Below, piece after piece: positions 1 to 10,443 of a stretch of 36,071 bases of DNA. The notes under the pieces are model-generated. The model was not told where the DNA came from and searched no databases. It worked only from the letters and a program-made list of their open reading frames with translations. A program made the position numbers and the translations under genes. Numbering within the stretch: position 1 is the first letter of the stretch; each line of letters opens with the position of its first letter. The stretch covers positions 1-36,071 of the forward strand of contig JACRCW010000142.1 in assembly GCA_016218805.1 (NCBI GenBank), given 5' to 3'. The DNA is from Deltaproteobacteria bacterium. GTDB taxonomy: Bacteria > Myxococcota > JACRCW01.

Positions 1-196
1 CCGAAGTTACCCTGCCGCCCTCACCGCCGGAACAACTCCCGTTGCTATAGCCACCACGCGCCTGAGTGAGCGCAAGCAATCCGTACGCCACCGCGGATGT
101 CCGCGGTGCCGTATGCGCGGATCTTCCCGGGAAACAACACCTGTCTCCTGACCGCTTGGGCCACCAAGCGGCTCCTCCCGCCGCTCCCGTTGTTGC

Positions 197-442
197 TCGT
201 AGGTCACGCTTTCGGAGTAATAGACGGTCAACCGGTAATCGAGACCCCACGTCACCGAACGGTAGAAGAAATCCCACGCCACGCCGCCGATGAAGGTGTT
301 GCGTTCCAGCAGCGTGACCTCCGCCTGCAGGCCGAACGAGGCCGCGGGGGGCGTGGGCGCGTCTGCGGCGGGGGACGCTTCCGGTTCCTCCTCTTCCGGG
401 ACGGGGAGCTCCCGCAGCAGCACCGGCGCGGCAAGGCCCGCG
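197..442 (-). pseudogene. Degenerate partial duplicate of the 1280..2017 gene with an internal deletion
   Basis: 197-338 aligns to 1545-1686 and 341-442 aligns to 1833-1941 with scattered substitutions; signal peptide and C-terminal third are missing. Confidence 0.85.
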
Positions 443-449
443 TCACACC

Positions 450-944
450 GTGACGCGTGACGACGGAACCCCCGTCGTGTCCAACACCACGCCTTTCATC
501 GCCCTGGCCCGGATTGGCCGCCTGGACCTGCTGGAGCGCGTGTTCGGTCGCGTGCTCTTGCCCGCCGTCGTGGCGGCCGAGTTGGGAGCCGCCAACAAGT
601 CCGACTTGGTGGTTGACGTGGGCGCGCTTGCATGGGTCACCGTCGTTGACATGGAAACCCCAGACGCCATCGCGGCTCGCCTGGATGCGGGCGAAGCTGC
701 CGCCATTGCGCTGGCCATCCGCGAGAAGGCTTCCGTCGTGCTTCTTGACGAGCAGCGGGCCCGCAAGGTGGCCAAGGCCATGAAGTTGCCGGTGGCCGGT
801 ACGTTCATGGTGCTGCTGCGCGCCAAGTGGGCTGGCCACGTGGTTGCAGTCCGCCCGCTGATAGACCAACTCCTGGCGACCGGTTTTCATGCCAGCCCCA
901 CGCTTGTGGGTGAGATGCTGCGCCGTGCGGGCGAGTCACCCTGA
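450..944 (+). CDS. PIN-domain protein, DUF3368-like putative VapC-type toxin
   Basis: VVSNTTPFIAL..IGRLDLL, LDAGEAAAIALA and LLDEQRARKVA...V.GT motifs; adjacent UPF0175-like gene. Confidence 0.85.
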   Translation: MTRDDGTPVVSNTTPFIALARIGRLDLLERVFGRVLLPAVVAAELGAANKSDLVVDVGALAWVTVVDMETPDAIAARLDAGEAAAIALAIREKASVVLLDEQRARKVAKAMKLPVAGTFMVLLRAKWAGHVVAVRPLIDQLLATGFHASPTLVGEMLRRAGESP

Positions 945-989
945 AGCGCGTGGCGAGCTTCCCGCAAGCACGCTACGCTTTCTACCGCC

Positions 990-1262
990 ATGACCACGCT
1001 CCACCTCACCATCCCGGACGCCCTGGCCGGCCAGTTGAAGGACCCCGCGCCCGTGCTGGAACGCATGGCCCTGGAGGCGTTCCTTGTGCGGCTGTACGCG
1101 CAGGGGCTCGTGTCTTCGGGACAGGCCGGCAAGACGCTGGGGATGGCGCGCGTGGATTTCCTGGACCTGGTGGGCCGCCACGGCGTGACCGTGTTTGACA
1201 GCGACGTGGACTTTGATGCCGAGGCCGCGGTGTTGGACGCCGCTTGCGGTCCCCTCAAGTAG
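990..1262 (+). CDS. UPF0175-family small protein, putative antitoxin
   Basis: LYAQGLVSSGQAGKTLGMARVDFLDLVGRHGV HTH-like motif typical of the family; 90 aa. Confidence 0.85.
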   Translation: MTTLHLTIPDALAGQLKDPAPVLERMALEAFLVRLYAQGLVSSGQAGKTLGMARVDFLDLVGRHGVTVFDSDVDFDAEAAVLDAACGPLK

Positions 1263-1279
1263 ACGACGTGCAACCGCCG

Positions 1280-2017
1280 TCAGAACGGCGTGTACGGGAA
1301 GCGCGCCCGGATCTCTATCCACGCCTCCGGGCGCCAGCGCGGCATCACCAGCGCCAGTTCTTTCACGTCAAAGCCCAGCGGCGAGATGGCCACCGCCACG
1401 TCAATGGGCAGCGGCCGCAGCTCCAGGCTGGCGCCGACGGGGAAGCGCAACCCCGCGGTGACGGGGAGTTCGCGCCGGTAGGCGCGCACCGGTTCAAATG
1501 ATCCCACCCGGACGCCCGCGCCCAGGAAGAACCCCACGCGCGCGTCGTAGGTCACGCTTTCGGCGTAATAGACGGTCAACCGGTAATCCAGACTCCACGT
1601 CACCGAACGGTAGAAGAAGTCCCACGCCACGCCGCCGATGAAGGTGTTGCGGTCCAGCAGCGTGACCTCCGCCTGCAGGCCGAACGGCTGGCCCACCTGC
1701 AAGCCGAACGAACCGCGCAGCCGGTTGAACCCGGACCCGCGCCGGAACGTGGGCGGTGCGGCGGACGGGTCCGGCGCCGCGGCGGCCGGGGTCTCCGCGC
1801 CGCGACTGCTGGCCTCCGCCGCCGCGCCGGACGCCGCGGGGGGCGTGGGCGCCTCCGCGTCTGCGGCGGGGGGAGCCTCCGGTTCTTCCTCCTCCGGGAC
1901 GGGGAGGTCCCGCAGCGGCACCTGCGCGGCAAAGGCCCGCGGTGGCCCCGCCCACGCGGCGGGGCGCTCCGCCAGCGCGAACGCGAGGAGCAGCAGGAGC
2001 GTGCGAGGCATCACCAT
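1280..2017 (-). CDS. Hypothetical exported protein, possible small outer-membrane beta-barrel
   Basis: Hydrophobic N-terminal signal, Pro/Ala/Glu linker, alternating beta-strand-like Gly/aromatic segments, terminal Phe. Confidence 0.65.
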   Translation of the reverse strand: MVMPRTLLLLLAFALAERPAAWAGPPRAFAAQVPLRDLPVPEEEEPEAPPAADAEAPTPPAASGAAAEASSRGAETPAAAAPDPSAAPPTFRRGSGFNRLRGSFGLQVGQPFGLQAEVTLLDRNTFIGGVAWDFFYRSVTWSLDYRLTVYYAESVTYDARVGFFLGAGVRVGSFEPVRAYRRELPVTAGLRFPVGASLELRPLPIDVAVAISPLGFDVKELALVMPRWRPEAWIEIRARFPYTPF

Positions 2018-2187
2018 GGCGGCGGGGACCTAGAGCACACCGGGGCGGGCGTCGTCATCCGCCTCCCCGGGTTGCCCGCGGTGGAGGCCGTGCGTATGTT
2101 TGGCACACGCGGTCTCCGCCGTGAGCGGGCGGTCGTGTCTAACGTTCCACCACGGTCTCGCGCCGGAAAACGAAAAGGTCGGACACC

Positions 2188-4605
2188 ATGTCATCCAAGA
2201 AGAAGGACCCCAAGACTGAGATGAAGGCGACCGACCTGCCGTCGGAGTTGCCCATTCTCCCCCTGCGCAACAGCGTGTTCTTCCCCGGCGCGGTGATGCC
2301 GCTGACCATCGGGCGGGCCAAGACCATCCGCCTCATTGAGGAGGTCACCCGGGAGAACAGCCTGCTGGGCATTGTCACGCAGAAGGCGCCCGAGATTGAC
2401 GACCCCACGCCCGAAGACATGTTCCGCGTGGGCACGGCGGCGCGCATCATCAAGCTGGCGCGCACCGGCAAGGACGGCTTCAACATCGTGGTGCAGGGCA
2501 TTGCGCGGTTCCGCGTGGACGGGTTTGGGCAGGAGGAGCCGTTCTTCATTTCGCGCATCACGCCGCTGATGGACGCGGGCCTGGGGGATGTGGAGGCGGA
2601 CGCGCTGGCGCTGACCCTCAAGAGCACGGCGCGTGAGGTCATTGACCTGCTCCCTGAGATTCCCGTGATGGCCAAGCAGCTGCTGGAGTCCATCACCGAG
2701 CCGGGTCACCTGGCGGACATCATCACCGCCAACATTGACGCCACCATTGAGGAGAAGCAGGAGGTGCTTGAAGCGGTGCACCTGCGTGACCGCCTCAAGA
2801 AGGTGTTGGAACTCATCAGCCGGCAGTTGGAGGTGCTCAAGCTGTCCAACAAGATCAACACCCAGGTGAAGGGTGAGATGAGCAAGACGCAGCGCGAGTA
2901 CTACCTGCGCCAGCAGCTCAAGGCCATCAAGGAGGAACTGGGCGAGCGCGAGGAGGACGAGAACGGCCTGGAGGAGCTGGAGAAGCGCCTGAAGAAGGCG
3001 GCGCTGGCCCCGGAGGCGGAGAAGGCCGCGCAGAAGGAACTGCGGCGCATGCGCAACATGCAGCCCAGCCAGGCGGAATACACCGTTGCGCGCACCTACC
3101 TGGAGTGGATGGCGGACCTGCCGTGGTCCAAGAGCTCCGACGACAACCTGGACCTGGACAACGCGAAGAACAAGCTGGACGGGGACCACTACGGGCTGGA
3201 CAAGATCAAGAAGCGCATCATTGAGTACTTGGCCGTCCGCAAGCTGAAGAACGACATGAAGGGCCCGATCCTGTGTTTCGTGGGCCCGCCCGGCGTGGGC
3301 AAGACGTCGCTGGGGCGCTCCATTGCGGACGCGCTGGGGCGCAAGTTTGTGCGCATCAGCCTGGGCGGCGTGCGTGACGAGGCGGAAATCCGCGGGCACC
3401 GGCGCACGTACATTGGCGCGCTCCCGGGCCGCATCATCCAGGGCATGAAGAAGGCGGCCACCAACAATCCGGTGTTCCTGCTGGACGAGGTCGACAAGCT
3501 GGGCCACGACTTCCGCGGTGACCCGGCGGCGGCGCTGCTGGAGGTGCTGGACCCCGAGCAGAACAACACGTTCAGCGACCACTACCTGGACGTCCCGTTT
3601 GACCTGTCCAAGGTGCTGTTCATTGCCACCGCCAACCAGATGGACCCCGTGCCCCCCGCGCTGAAGGACCGCATGGAGGTGCTGGAACTCCCCGGCTACA
3701 CGCGCGAGGAGAAGCTGCAGATTGCCCACCGCCACCTGGTCCCCAAGCAGCTGCGGGAGCACGGGATTGACACCAAGTACCTGGACCTGGGTGACAAGGC
3801 CGTGGAACTCATCATCAGCGGCTACACGCGTGAAGCCGGCGTCCGCAACCTGGAGCGCGAGATTGCCGGCGTGTGCCGCTGGGCCGCGGTGAAGGTGGCC
3901 AAGGGGCAGGCGGAGAAGAACACCGTCACCGACGAGGTGATTGCCGAGGTGTTGGGGCCCATCAAGTTTGAGAGCGAGGTGGCGGACCGCACGGGCATGC
4001 CGGGCGTGGCCACGGGACTGGTGTGGACGCCGTACGGCGGCGAAATCACGTTTGTGGAGATGACCAAGATGGCCGGCAAGGGCACCCTCACCCTCACCGG
4101 CAAGCTGGGTGACGTGCTCAAGGAGTCCGCGCAGGCCGCGCTCTCCTACGTGCGCGCGCGCGGCAATGAGCTGGGCATCTCCAAGACGGCGGACGAGCAC
4201 TTTCTGGAGAAGCAGGACATCCACATCCACCTGCCCGAGGGCGCCATGCCCAAGGATGGCCCGTCCGCCGGCGTCACCATGGTGACCGCGCTGGTGAGCC
4301 TGCTGACCGGCCGCAAGTGCCGCCCCGACGTGGCAATGACCGGCGAGGTCACGCTGCGCGGCCTTGTGCTGCCGGTGGGTGGCGTCAAGGAGAAGGTGCT
4401 GGCCGCGCACCGCGCGGGCATCAAGCGGGTCATCCTGCCCGCGCGCAACGAGAAGGACATCATTGACATCCCGGAGCAGGTGCGGCGCGAGGTGGAGTTT
4501 GTGTTTGCCAAGCGCGTGGACGAGGTGCTGGCCGCCGCGCTGGAGGGCGGTCACCCCACCAAGGCGGACGTCCCGCTGATCACCCAGCAGGCGGGTCAGG
4601 CCTGA
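2188..4605 (+). CDS. lon: ATP-dependent Lon protease (endopeptidase La)
   Basis: N-domain [14 protein letters not shown], Walker A GPPGVGKT, Walker B LLDEVDK, catalytic PKDGPSAG and GGVKEK; 805 aa. Confidence 0.98.
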   Translation: MSSKKKDPKTEMKATDLPSELPILPLRNSVFFPGAVMPLTIGRAKTIRLIEEVTRENSLLGIVTQKAPEIDDPTPEDMFRVGTAARIIKLARTGKDGFNIVVQGIARFRVDGFGQEEPFFISRITPLMDAGLGDVEADALALTLKSTAREVIDLLPEIPVMAKQLLESITEPGHLADIITANIDATIEEKQEVLEAVHLRDRLKKVLELISRQLEVLKLSNKINTQVKGEMSKTQREYYLRQQLKAIKEELGEREEDENGLEELEKRLKKAALAPEAEKAAQKELRRMRNMQPSQAEYTVARTYLEWMADLPWSKSSDDNLDLDNAKNKLDGDHYGLDKIKKRIIEYLAVRKLKNDMKGPILCFVGPPGVGKTSLGRSIADALGRKFVRISLGGVRDEAEIRGHRRTYIGALPGRIIQGMKKAATNNPVFLLDEVDKLGHDFRGDPAAALLEVLDPEQNNTFSDHYLDVPFDLSKVLFIATANQMDPVPPALKDRMEVLELPGYTREEKLQIAHRHLVPKQLREHGIDTKYLDLGDKAVELIISGYTREAGVRNLEREIAGVCRWAAVKVAKGQAEKNTVTDEVIAEVLGPIKFESEVADRTGMPGVATGLVWTPYGGEITFVEMTKMAGKGTLTLTGKLGDVLKESAQAALSYVRARGNELGISKTADEHFLEKQDIHIHLPEGAMPKDGPSAGVTMVTALVSLLTGRKCRPDVAMTGEVTLRGLVLPVGGVKEKVLAAHRAGIKRVILPARNEKDIIDIPEQVRREVEFVFAKRVDEVLAAALEGGHPTKADVPLITQQAGQA

Positions 4606-5440
4606 TTCCCGCGCTGTCCGCGCCCAGTTCCAGCCAGAAGTGCCACCGCGCGTCCTCCTTGGGGGGCGGCGGTGCGCGTTTCACTTCGTCCGCAAATGCG
4701 CGCGCCCAGCGCGGGCTCGCCCGCACGGCGCGGGCCAGCAGCGCCAGGCCACCCGCCTGGTCACCGCGCTCAAACTGCGTGTCACCGAGCGCCTTGTAGG
4801 CCATGCAGTTGTTCTCATTGGGCGGCGCCGGGGTCCCGTCATCCGCGGGGCCCGGGTCACCCGGCCACAACGCCAGCGAACGCCGCAGCAGCGTCTCCGC
4901 AATGGCCCCGCCCAGGACGGGTTCCGCCTGCGCGTTGAGATGAGCCACCAGCAGGCCCCGCGCGCTGCCCGTCCCCGTTTCCTCCACCCGCAGCGCGCCG
5001 CCGTCCGGCACCAGCGTCACGCGGTGCGGGAGTTGCTGGCCGGGATGCGCCAGGTTGTGCTGCCACTGCGAGGCGACGAGTGGGTGCGCCCCGCGCGCAT
5101 CCACGATCTCCTGCAGCAACTGCCCGGCGAGCCAGTCCAGGTCCGCGGGGACCCCGGCCAGGACGAGCGACGGCACGCCGGCGACCACATCGGCCGCGGA
5201 GCGCACCACGAGCGTCCCATCGGGTGCCGGGGTCGCGTTCACGTTGAGCCACTCGCGCGGGTGGGCGGTGCGTTGGCGCACCCGCCGCATGCGGTGCGCG
5301 GGATAGGCCCCGCCTGCCAACGCCACGGCAAGCCCCAGCGCCCACGCTGGCACCAGCGACTGTCCGGACCACGCCAGCCAGCCCACGCCGGCGCCCGCGG
5401 CGGCGGCAACCACAACAAGGACGCTCCACGGCTGCTTCAC
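4580..5440 (-). CDS. Hypothetical membrane protein with C-terminal TPR-like helices
   Basis: GTG start overlaps upstream TGA (GTGA at 5437-5440); two N-terminal hydrophobic segments; AYKALGD...GLALLARAVRASP resembles a TPR. Confidence 0.6.
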   Translation of the reverse strand: MKQPWSVLVVVAAAAGAGVGWLAWSGQSLVPAWALGLAVALAGGAYPAHRMRRVRQRTAHPREWLNVNATPAPDGTLVVRSAADVVAGVPSLVLAGVPADLDWLAGQLLQEIVDARGAHPLVASQWQHNLAHPGQQLPHRVTLVPDGGALRVEETGTGSARGLLVAHLNAQAEPVLGGAIAETLLRRSLALWPGDPGPADDGTPAPPNENNCMAYKALGDTQFERGDQAGGLALLARAVRASPRWARAFADEVKRAPPPPKEDARWHFWLELGADSAGIRPDPPAG

Positions 5441-8064
5441 GGCCCGCTCCACGTTGTTCCAGGCAGCACCCGCAACCGCCCGCCTGCCCGCACCCACACC
5501 TCCGGGGCCCCATCTCCGTCAAGGTCCCCGGCCCCCGCCAGCAACGCGCCTTCCGGCAGCGGCAGCGCGCCCGGCCGGGCCGGCGAGAACAGCGTCTGCG
5601 CGCGTCGCAGCAGCGGGTCCATCGTTCCGTCGTCGTCCGCGTCCGCCCAGACGACCTGGTCGACGTTGGACAGCTCGCCCACCGTGGCCACGGACCCGGG
5701 GTGGAACTCCAGGACGGCGAGAGCACGCGCAGCAGGTTCATGCACAACGACGCGCTGCTGCCACGCGCGGACGTCCGCATCCGCCGAGAGGAGGCGTCCA
5801 CTGAGGCCGCGCGCCGCCCAGCGGAGCACGCCGTCCGGCGCGTCCAGGACGTCCAACCGGCCATCCCCGTCCGCATCCACCAGCCACGAGCTCGGCGGCA
5901 CCGCTCCCCCCTCCCACGTGAACAGGCCATCGCGGCCAAACGTGACGCCGTTGAACCCGCCGCGGCCGGGCACCACCAGGTCCGGGCGACCATCACCGGT
6001 GGCGTCCAACGGCCATGCGCCGGGGGCGTCTCCCAGGCCCCCCGCCTGCGCACCACCGCGCGCGCTCCACCGCCACGCCGTCCCGCCGGCGCGCAGCACT
6101 CCGTCCACCGCCCCGTCTCCGTCAACGTCGGCGGTCACCAGTTCCGTTGGCGCGGCGGGGGTGTACCCGGCCGCCCAGACCCGCGCGCCGCCCGGGCGCC
6201 AGGCCTCCAACCGTTCCGCACCCGCCACCACAATGTCCGTGCGCCCGTCATCATCCGCGTCCCAGGCCGCGGAGACTCCGGTGACGCCGAGCGACGCCGC
6301 CCGCACGGCCCCCGGGCAGCGCGCGACCCCGTCGACGGGGACCACGGCGACAGACGCCCCGCCGCTCACCGCCACCGCCAGTTGCACGCCGCCGTCCTCC
6401 TGGAAGGCCGCCGTGCGGCGGGGGGACGCAGCGACGGCAACGCTGGCGGCCGGCTGGAACGTCCCGTCCCCCGCACCGGTCAGCAGGCTCACCACGCCCT
6501 GCCGGTCGCTGGTCACCACGATGTCCATGCGGCCATCCCCGTCCGCATCCAACACCAGCGCATGCACCGCGTGGGTGGGGCCCGGCACGGGTGCCGCCGC
6601 CGCCAGGCCGCCATCACCCTGGTTCCGCAGCACGGAGATTCCCAGGAAGTGGCTCACCACCAGGTCAACGTCGCCGTCGTCATCCAGGTCCGCAGCAGTG
6701 ACCGCCTCCGGTGCAAGACCCGCCGGAAGGTGCGCCGCGGACCCCAGCCCTCCCCGGCCGTCCCCTTGCCGCACCCAGACCCCGTCGTCACCCCACGCCA
6801 CCACGACGACGTCCAGGTGCCCGTCCCCGTCCAGGTCGGCCAGCGCCACGTCGCGCGGGCGGGCTCCGGCGGGGGATTCGGCCAGCGCCAGCAGTCCGCC
6901 GCGCCCGTCATTGACCAGCACCGTCGCCGTGTCGGCGCCTTCGTTGGCGGTGACCGCGTCCGGGCGGCCATCCTCATCCAGGTCCCCCACCGCCACCGCA
7001 TATGGGTTCACGCCGGCCTGGGTGCGGCGCTCATCCATGAACGTGGCGGCGCCCACGCCGCCAAAGAACACGCTGACCGTGTCCTCGTCATGGTTGCTCA
7101 CCACGGCGTCCAGCAGACCGTCCCCGTCCATGTCCGCCAGCACCACGCGCTCCGGGCCCAGCCCTGCCGGCCGTTCGCGCGGCGGCGCAAACCCTCCGCC
7201 GGTGCGCCCCTCCAGCCAGGTGAGCGTTGCGGCGCCGTGGCTTGTGGTCACCAGGTCTGCAACGCCCTCACCGGTCACGTCCCCCACCGCCACACCCGTG
7301 GGGCCGCGGCCCGCGGGCAGCACGCGCGGTTGGGCCAGACGGGGCGGCGGGATGGCGATGACGTCCACGGACAACTCCGTGGGCGGCCCGGCCACGCCGG
7401 CCAGGACCGGTAAGACACGCAAAGTCACCGCGCCAGGCGCGGCGCCATCCGCCACCGGGTCCCAGGAGAGCACCGTGGTCCTCCCGGCGGCGGATGCGGG
7501 ACGCGCCCGGGGTCCCATCCCCAGCTCGCCCAGGCGCGCGCGGGTCCACCGCCCGTCCTGGGCGGCGCGCCAGGCAACGTGCATGTCCGTGCGCCGACCC
7601 TGGTCCTGCACCAGGCCCAACCCCACCAGCAGGCACCCCGGGCCGTCACTCACCTGCACGCCGGTGACGCGCGGCGGCGTCACCAACTCCCACGGCACCC
7701 GGGACACCACGGCGTCAGCCACGCGCGCCGTGAGGTAGACGGGCCCTGGCGGCGCATCCGCCGGCGCGGTGATGGACCCGTTCCACGCCTCCCAACCGCC
7801 GGCGGTGACCCTGTGGTCCGCGGGCCCGCCGCCGCCCATGCGCGCGCCGTCCAGCGCCTCCAGCACCAGCTCCAGCCGGACGACGACGTCATCCGCCCGC
7901 GGGTTCTCCACCAGGACGTGAACCATGCAGTCCGCCCCGGCGACCGCCACCGGCGCGCGGGGAACCAGGCGCACCTGCAGCGGCAGCGTGCCAGGCACGT
8001 CGCCTCCCGGTGCGCAGGCGAGCCCCGGCACCAGCGCCGCAATGGCCTTCCATCTGCCCGTCAT
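5437..8064 (-). CDS. FG-GAP/VCBS repeat beta-propeller protein, probable lipoprotein
   Basis: Many DxDGDGxxD repeats ([26 protein letters not shown]); N-terminal LAC lipobox-like motif; ATG at 8064 chosen over GTG 8079. Confidence 0.85.
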   Translation of the reverse strand: MTGRWKAIAALVPGLACAPGGDVPGTLPLQVRLVPRAPVAVAGADCMVHVLVENPRADDVVVRLELVLEALDGARMGGGGPADHRVTAGGWEAWNGSITAPADAPPGPVYLTARVADAVVSRVPWELVTPPRVTGVQVSDGPGCLLVGLGLVQDQGRRTDMHVAWRAAQDGRWTRARLGELGMGPRARPASAAGRTTVLSWDPVADGAAPGAVTLRVLPVLAGVAGPPTELSVDVIAIPPPRLAQPRVLPAGRGPTGVAVGDVTGEGVADLVTTSHGAATLTWLEGRTGGGFAPPRERPAGLGPERVVLADMDGDGLLDAVVSNHDEDTVSVFFGGVGAATFMDERRTQAGVNPYAVAVGDLDEDGRPDAVTANEGADTATVLVNDGRGGLLALAESPAGARPRDVALADLDGDGHLDVVVVAWGDDGVWVRQGDGRGGLGSAAHLPAGLAPEAVTAADLDDDGDVDLVVSHFLGISVLRNQGDGGLAAAAPVPGPTHAVHALVLDADGDGRMDIVVTSDRQGVVSLLTGAGDGTFQPAASVAVAASPRRTAAFQEDGGVQLAVAVSGGASVAVVPVDGVARCPGAVRAASLGVTGVSAAWDADDDGRTDIVVAGAERLEAWRPGGARVWAAGYTPAAPTELVTADVDGDGAVDGVLRAGGTAWRWSARGGAQAGGLGDAPGAWPLDATGDGRPDLVVPGRGGFNGVTFGRDGLFTWEGGAVPPSSWLVDADGDGRLDVLDAPDGVLRWAARGLSGRLLSADADVRAWQQRVVVHEPAARALAVLEFHPGSVATVGELSNVDQVVWADADDDGTMDPLLRRAQTLFSPARPGALPLPEGALLAGAGDLDGDGAPEVWVRAGGRLRVLPGTTWSGP

Positions 8065-8165
8065 CCTTGACTTCCCCACGACCGGCCCTTATTTGCCCGC
8101 CCACTTTCAGCCGGACCCACGGGACACCCCGTCCCGTGTACCTCCCGCTGGGGCAGGAACGCACC

Positions 8166-8387
8166 ATGAAGCCCGACATCCATCCGGTCTATCCCTTCGC
8201 CACCATCCAGTGCGCCTGCGGCGCAGCGTATGAGATGCGCTCCACGCGCGGCGCGTACCACATTGAAATCTGCTCGGCGTGCCACCCGTTCTTCACCGGC
8301 AAGCAGAAGCTGTTGGACACTGAGGGCCGCGTGGACCGCTTCAACCGGAAGTACAAGCGCGCCCCCGCCGCCGCACCCAAGGCCTGA
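8166..8387 (+). CDS. rpmE: 50S ribosomal protein L31, zinc-binding type
   Basis: MKPDIHP...CACG...[30 protein letters not shown]. Confidence 0.97.
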   Translation: MKPDIHPVYPFATIQCACGAAYEMRSTRGAYHIEICSACHPFFTGKQKLLDTEGRVDRFNRKYKRAPAAAPKA

Positions 8388-8401
8388 TTCCCGTCGGCGC
8401 C

Positions 8402-10099
8402 ATGGGCCCGATGGACCTGTTGCACCGCGTTGCGCCGGGTCGCCCCGCAGCCCTGGCGCTGCTGTTGGCCGCGCACGCGGCCGGTTGCGCCACCTACCAG
8501 GACCACATGCGCGCGGGGCGCTATGCCACGGCGTGCGCCATGGTCCGGGACACCCCGGACGAATCCCTGTTCCGCACCTGGGTCCAGGAACACTGGACCA
8601 CGCACGTGGCGCGGGTCCCGCGTGAACAGGTGGAACAGATGCTGGGCGGCCCGGTGGCCGGCTACGGCGTGGGCCTGGCGCTGTACGAAGTGACGTCGGA
8701 AATCCCCGGCGGCCGGGTCAGCCTGCAGCCGCCTGCCGGCGCGCTGCGGCCGCATGAACTCATTGCCCTCATGCAGCCCCTGGTGCTCCCGGACGAGCCG
8801 GTGCTGCCGCCCGGCCCCCTGGACGTGGCGGACTTCCAGCCCGCCGCACCGCCCGCGCGCGAGGAGGCGCGCAGCTCGTCGGGGTCGGGGCTGATGGAGG
8901 CGGCGGGCTCGCTGCTGGGGGCGTTCTTTGACGTGGGGCGGGTGGTGGGTGCGGTGGCCATGCTGCCCGCGGCGCTGACGGTGGGCATCACCGTGGGAAG
9001 CATGGAGGTGTTTGTCCACGGGTTGGGCGGCGTGCAGAAGTGGACCGGCGCGCTGGGCGGGACCTACGTGCCGCCGCCACCGGCCTCCAGCCCCGTGTTT
9101 GACGTGCCGGTGTTCCGGACGCGGTCTCCCAAGCCGCAGGGCCGCGCGGACGCGCTGCTCACCGCGGAGGAATACGAAGCGCTGGTGGCGACCCGGCGCG
9201 CAGCCTGGGAGGAGCGCAGCGCCGCCGTGGAGGCGGAGCGCCAGCGGCGGTTGGAGTTGGGCAACCGCCTGGGCGGGCTGGTGTCCTGCCGCGTGGACGG
9301 ACCGTGCCGGCTGGTGGCGGTACCCGGCAAGCACACGGTGGACGCCAGCACGTCCCACGTCCAGGGCGACGATTGGTGCGAGACCTACGGGTTGACGCGC
9401 GAACTGGATTTTCCGCCGGTGGCGGAGCCCGGCCCACCGTGGCCGGCCCCGCGCGGCGAACCGGCGATGGTGCTGGAGGACGCATCCGCGCCGGCGTGGG
9501 CGCAACTGGAGGCGGTGACCACGGACCTGCCCTGGCCCACGGCGACGGCGGCGCTTGGGGCGGAGGGCCTGCTGTGCCAGGTGAGCCTGCGCAAGGCGGC
9601 CTGGGAGCGCGGCACGCCGCCGGCGCTCACGGTGCGCGTGACAACGGGGAGGGAAACGCCGCGGGTGCAGCGCTGGCACCTGGGCACGGTCCGCAAGACC
9701 ACGTCGTTTGTGGTGCCGGCCGCGCACCTGCAAGCGGGCGAGCGGTTGCGCCTGGGCTTTGCGGACCCGGTCACCCAGCGCGGCCTGGGCGGTGGGATGG
9801 TGGAGATGACGGGGGCGCTGCCGCTGGTGGTGGCGAGCCCGGCGGTGGAGGCGCGCTGCACGGCGCTGCCGGCCGACGCGCTGGCGGCGGCAATCACGGC
9901 GCGGGGCGCGCGGATGGACGCCGCGTTGGACGCGCTGGACGCTGCGCTGCAGGCCAGGGACCCCGACCGCGTGGCCCGGTCACGCGCCGCGGCGCGCCGG
10001 GCGCTGGTGGACCTGGCGCAGCACAGCGGGTGGGTGGCGCCGGCGCTGGCGGAGCGGTGGGCGCGGTTCACGCGCGTGGACCCGGCGGAGCGGCGCTGA
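8402..10099 (+). CDS. Hypothetical lipoprotein
   Basis: Long ORF directly after rpmE with host-like codon usage; hydrophobic stretch followed by AAGC lipobox-like motif. Confidence 0.65.
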   Translation: MGPMDLLHRVAPGRPAALALLLAAHAAGCATYQDHMRAGRYATACAMVRDTPDESLFRTWVQEHWTTHVARVPREQVEQMLGGPVAGYGVGLALYEVTSEIPGGRVSLQPPAGALRPHELIALMQPLVLPDEPVLPPGPLDVADFQPAAPPAREEARSSSGSGLMEAAGSLLGAFFDVGRVVGAVAMLPAALTVGITVGSMEVFVHGLGGVQKWTGALGGTYVPPPPASSPVFDVPVFRTRSPKPQGRADALLTAEEYEALVATRRAAWEERSAAVEAERQRRLELGNRLGGLVSCRVDGPCRLVAVPGKHTVDASTSHVQGDDWCETYGLTRELDFPPVAEPGPPWPAPRGEPAMVLEDASAPAWAQLEAVTTDLPWPTATAALGAEGLLCQVSLRKAAWERGTPPALTVRVTTGRETPRVQRWHLGTVRKTTSFVVPAAHLQAGERLRLGFADPVTQRGLGGGMVEMTGALPLVVASPAVEARCTALPADALAAAITARGARMDAALDALDAALQARDPDRVARSRAAARRALVDLAQHSGWVAPALAERWARFTRVDPAERR

Positions 10100-10105
10100 A
10101 GCGCC

Positions 10106-10324
10106 TCAGGCGTGCGGCGGGGCCAGGTGTTCGGTGTAGCCCGGATTGCGGTGGTTCTGCCCCGGGTTGTGGGCGTCCCAGCAGGAATCCGAGCAGAAGT
10201 AGAGCTGGAAGCGCTTGCGGTTGCAGGTGGACACCACGCACTTGAGGTAGGCCCCGCCATACGGAATGGGCTTCTTGCACACGCTGCACTTGCTCCAGGC
10301 GGTGGTGGGGTCGGGCGCGGTCAT
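10106..10324 (-). CDS. Small Cys/His-rich protein resembling a stand-alone ZZ-type zinc finger
   Basis: CxxC..I....Y.KC.4.C.....FCxxxC...H....H spacing; GAGG upstream of ATG; fills the gap between two plus-strand genes. Confidence 0.75.
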   Translation of the reverse strand: MTAPDPTTAWSKCSVCKKPIPYGGAYLKCVVSTCNRKRFQLYFCSDSCWDAHNPGQNHRNPGYTEHLAPPHA

Positions 10325-10443
10325 GCGTGGGCCTCAATGAGGTGTGGGAGGCTACCACGCGCGGGGAAGTGAGCCAGGTCCGGTGTTCCCTCTGGTAGAA
10401 CGCTGCACAGGAACCGTTGCGTGCCGCGGCACGTGGAGGATGC

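Noticed and set aside
2191..7738. Very long antisense ORFs (2191..4554 minus, 4640..7738 plus) and similar shadows elsewhere
   Set aside because: They overlap well-supported genes on the opposite strand, have no motifs, and are expected in high-GC DNA
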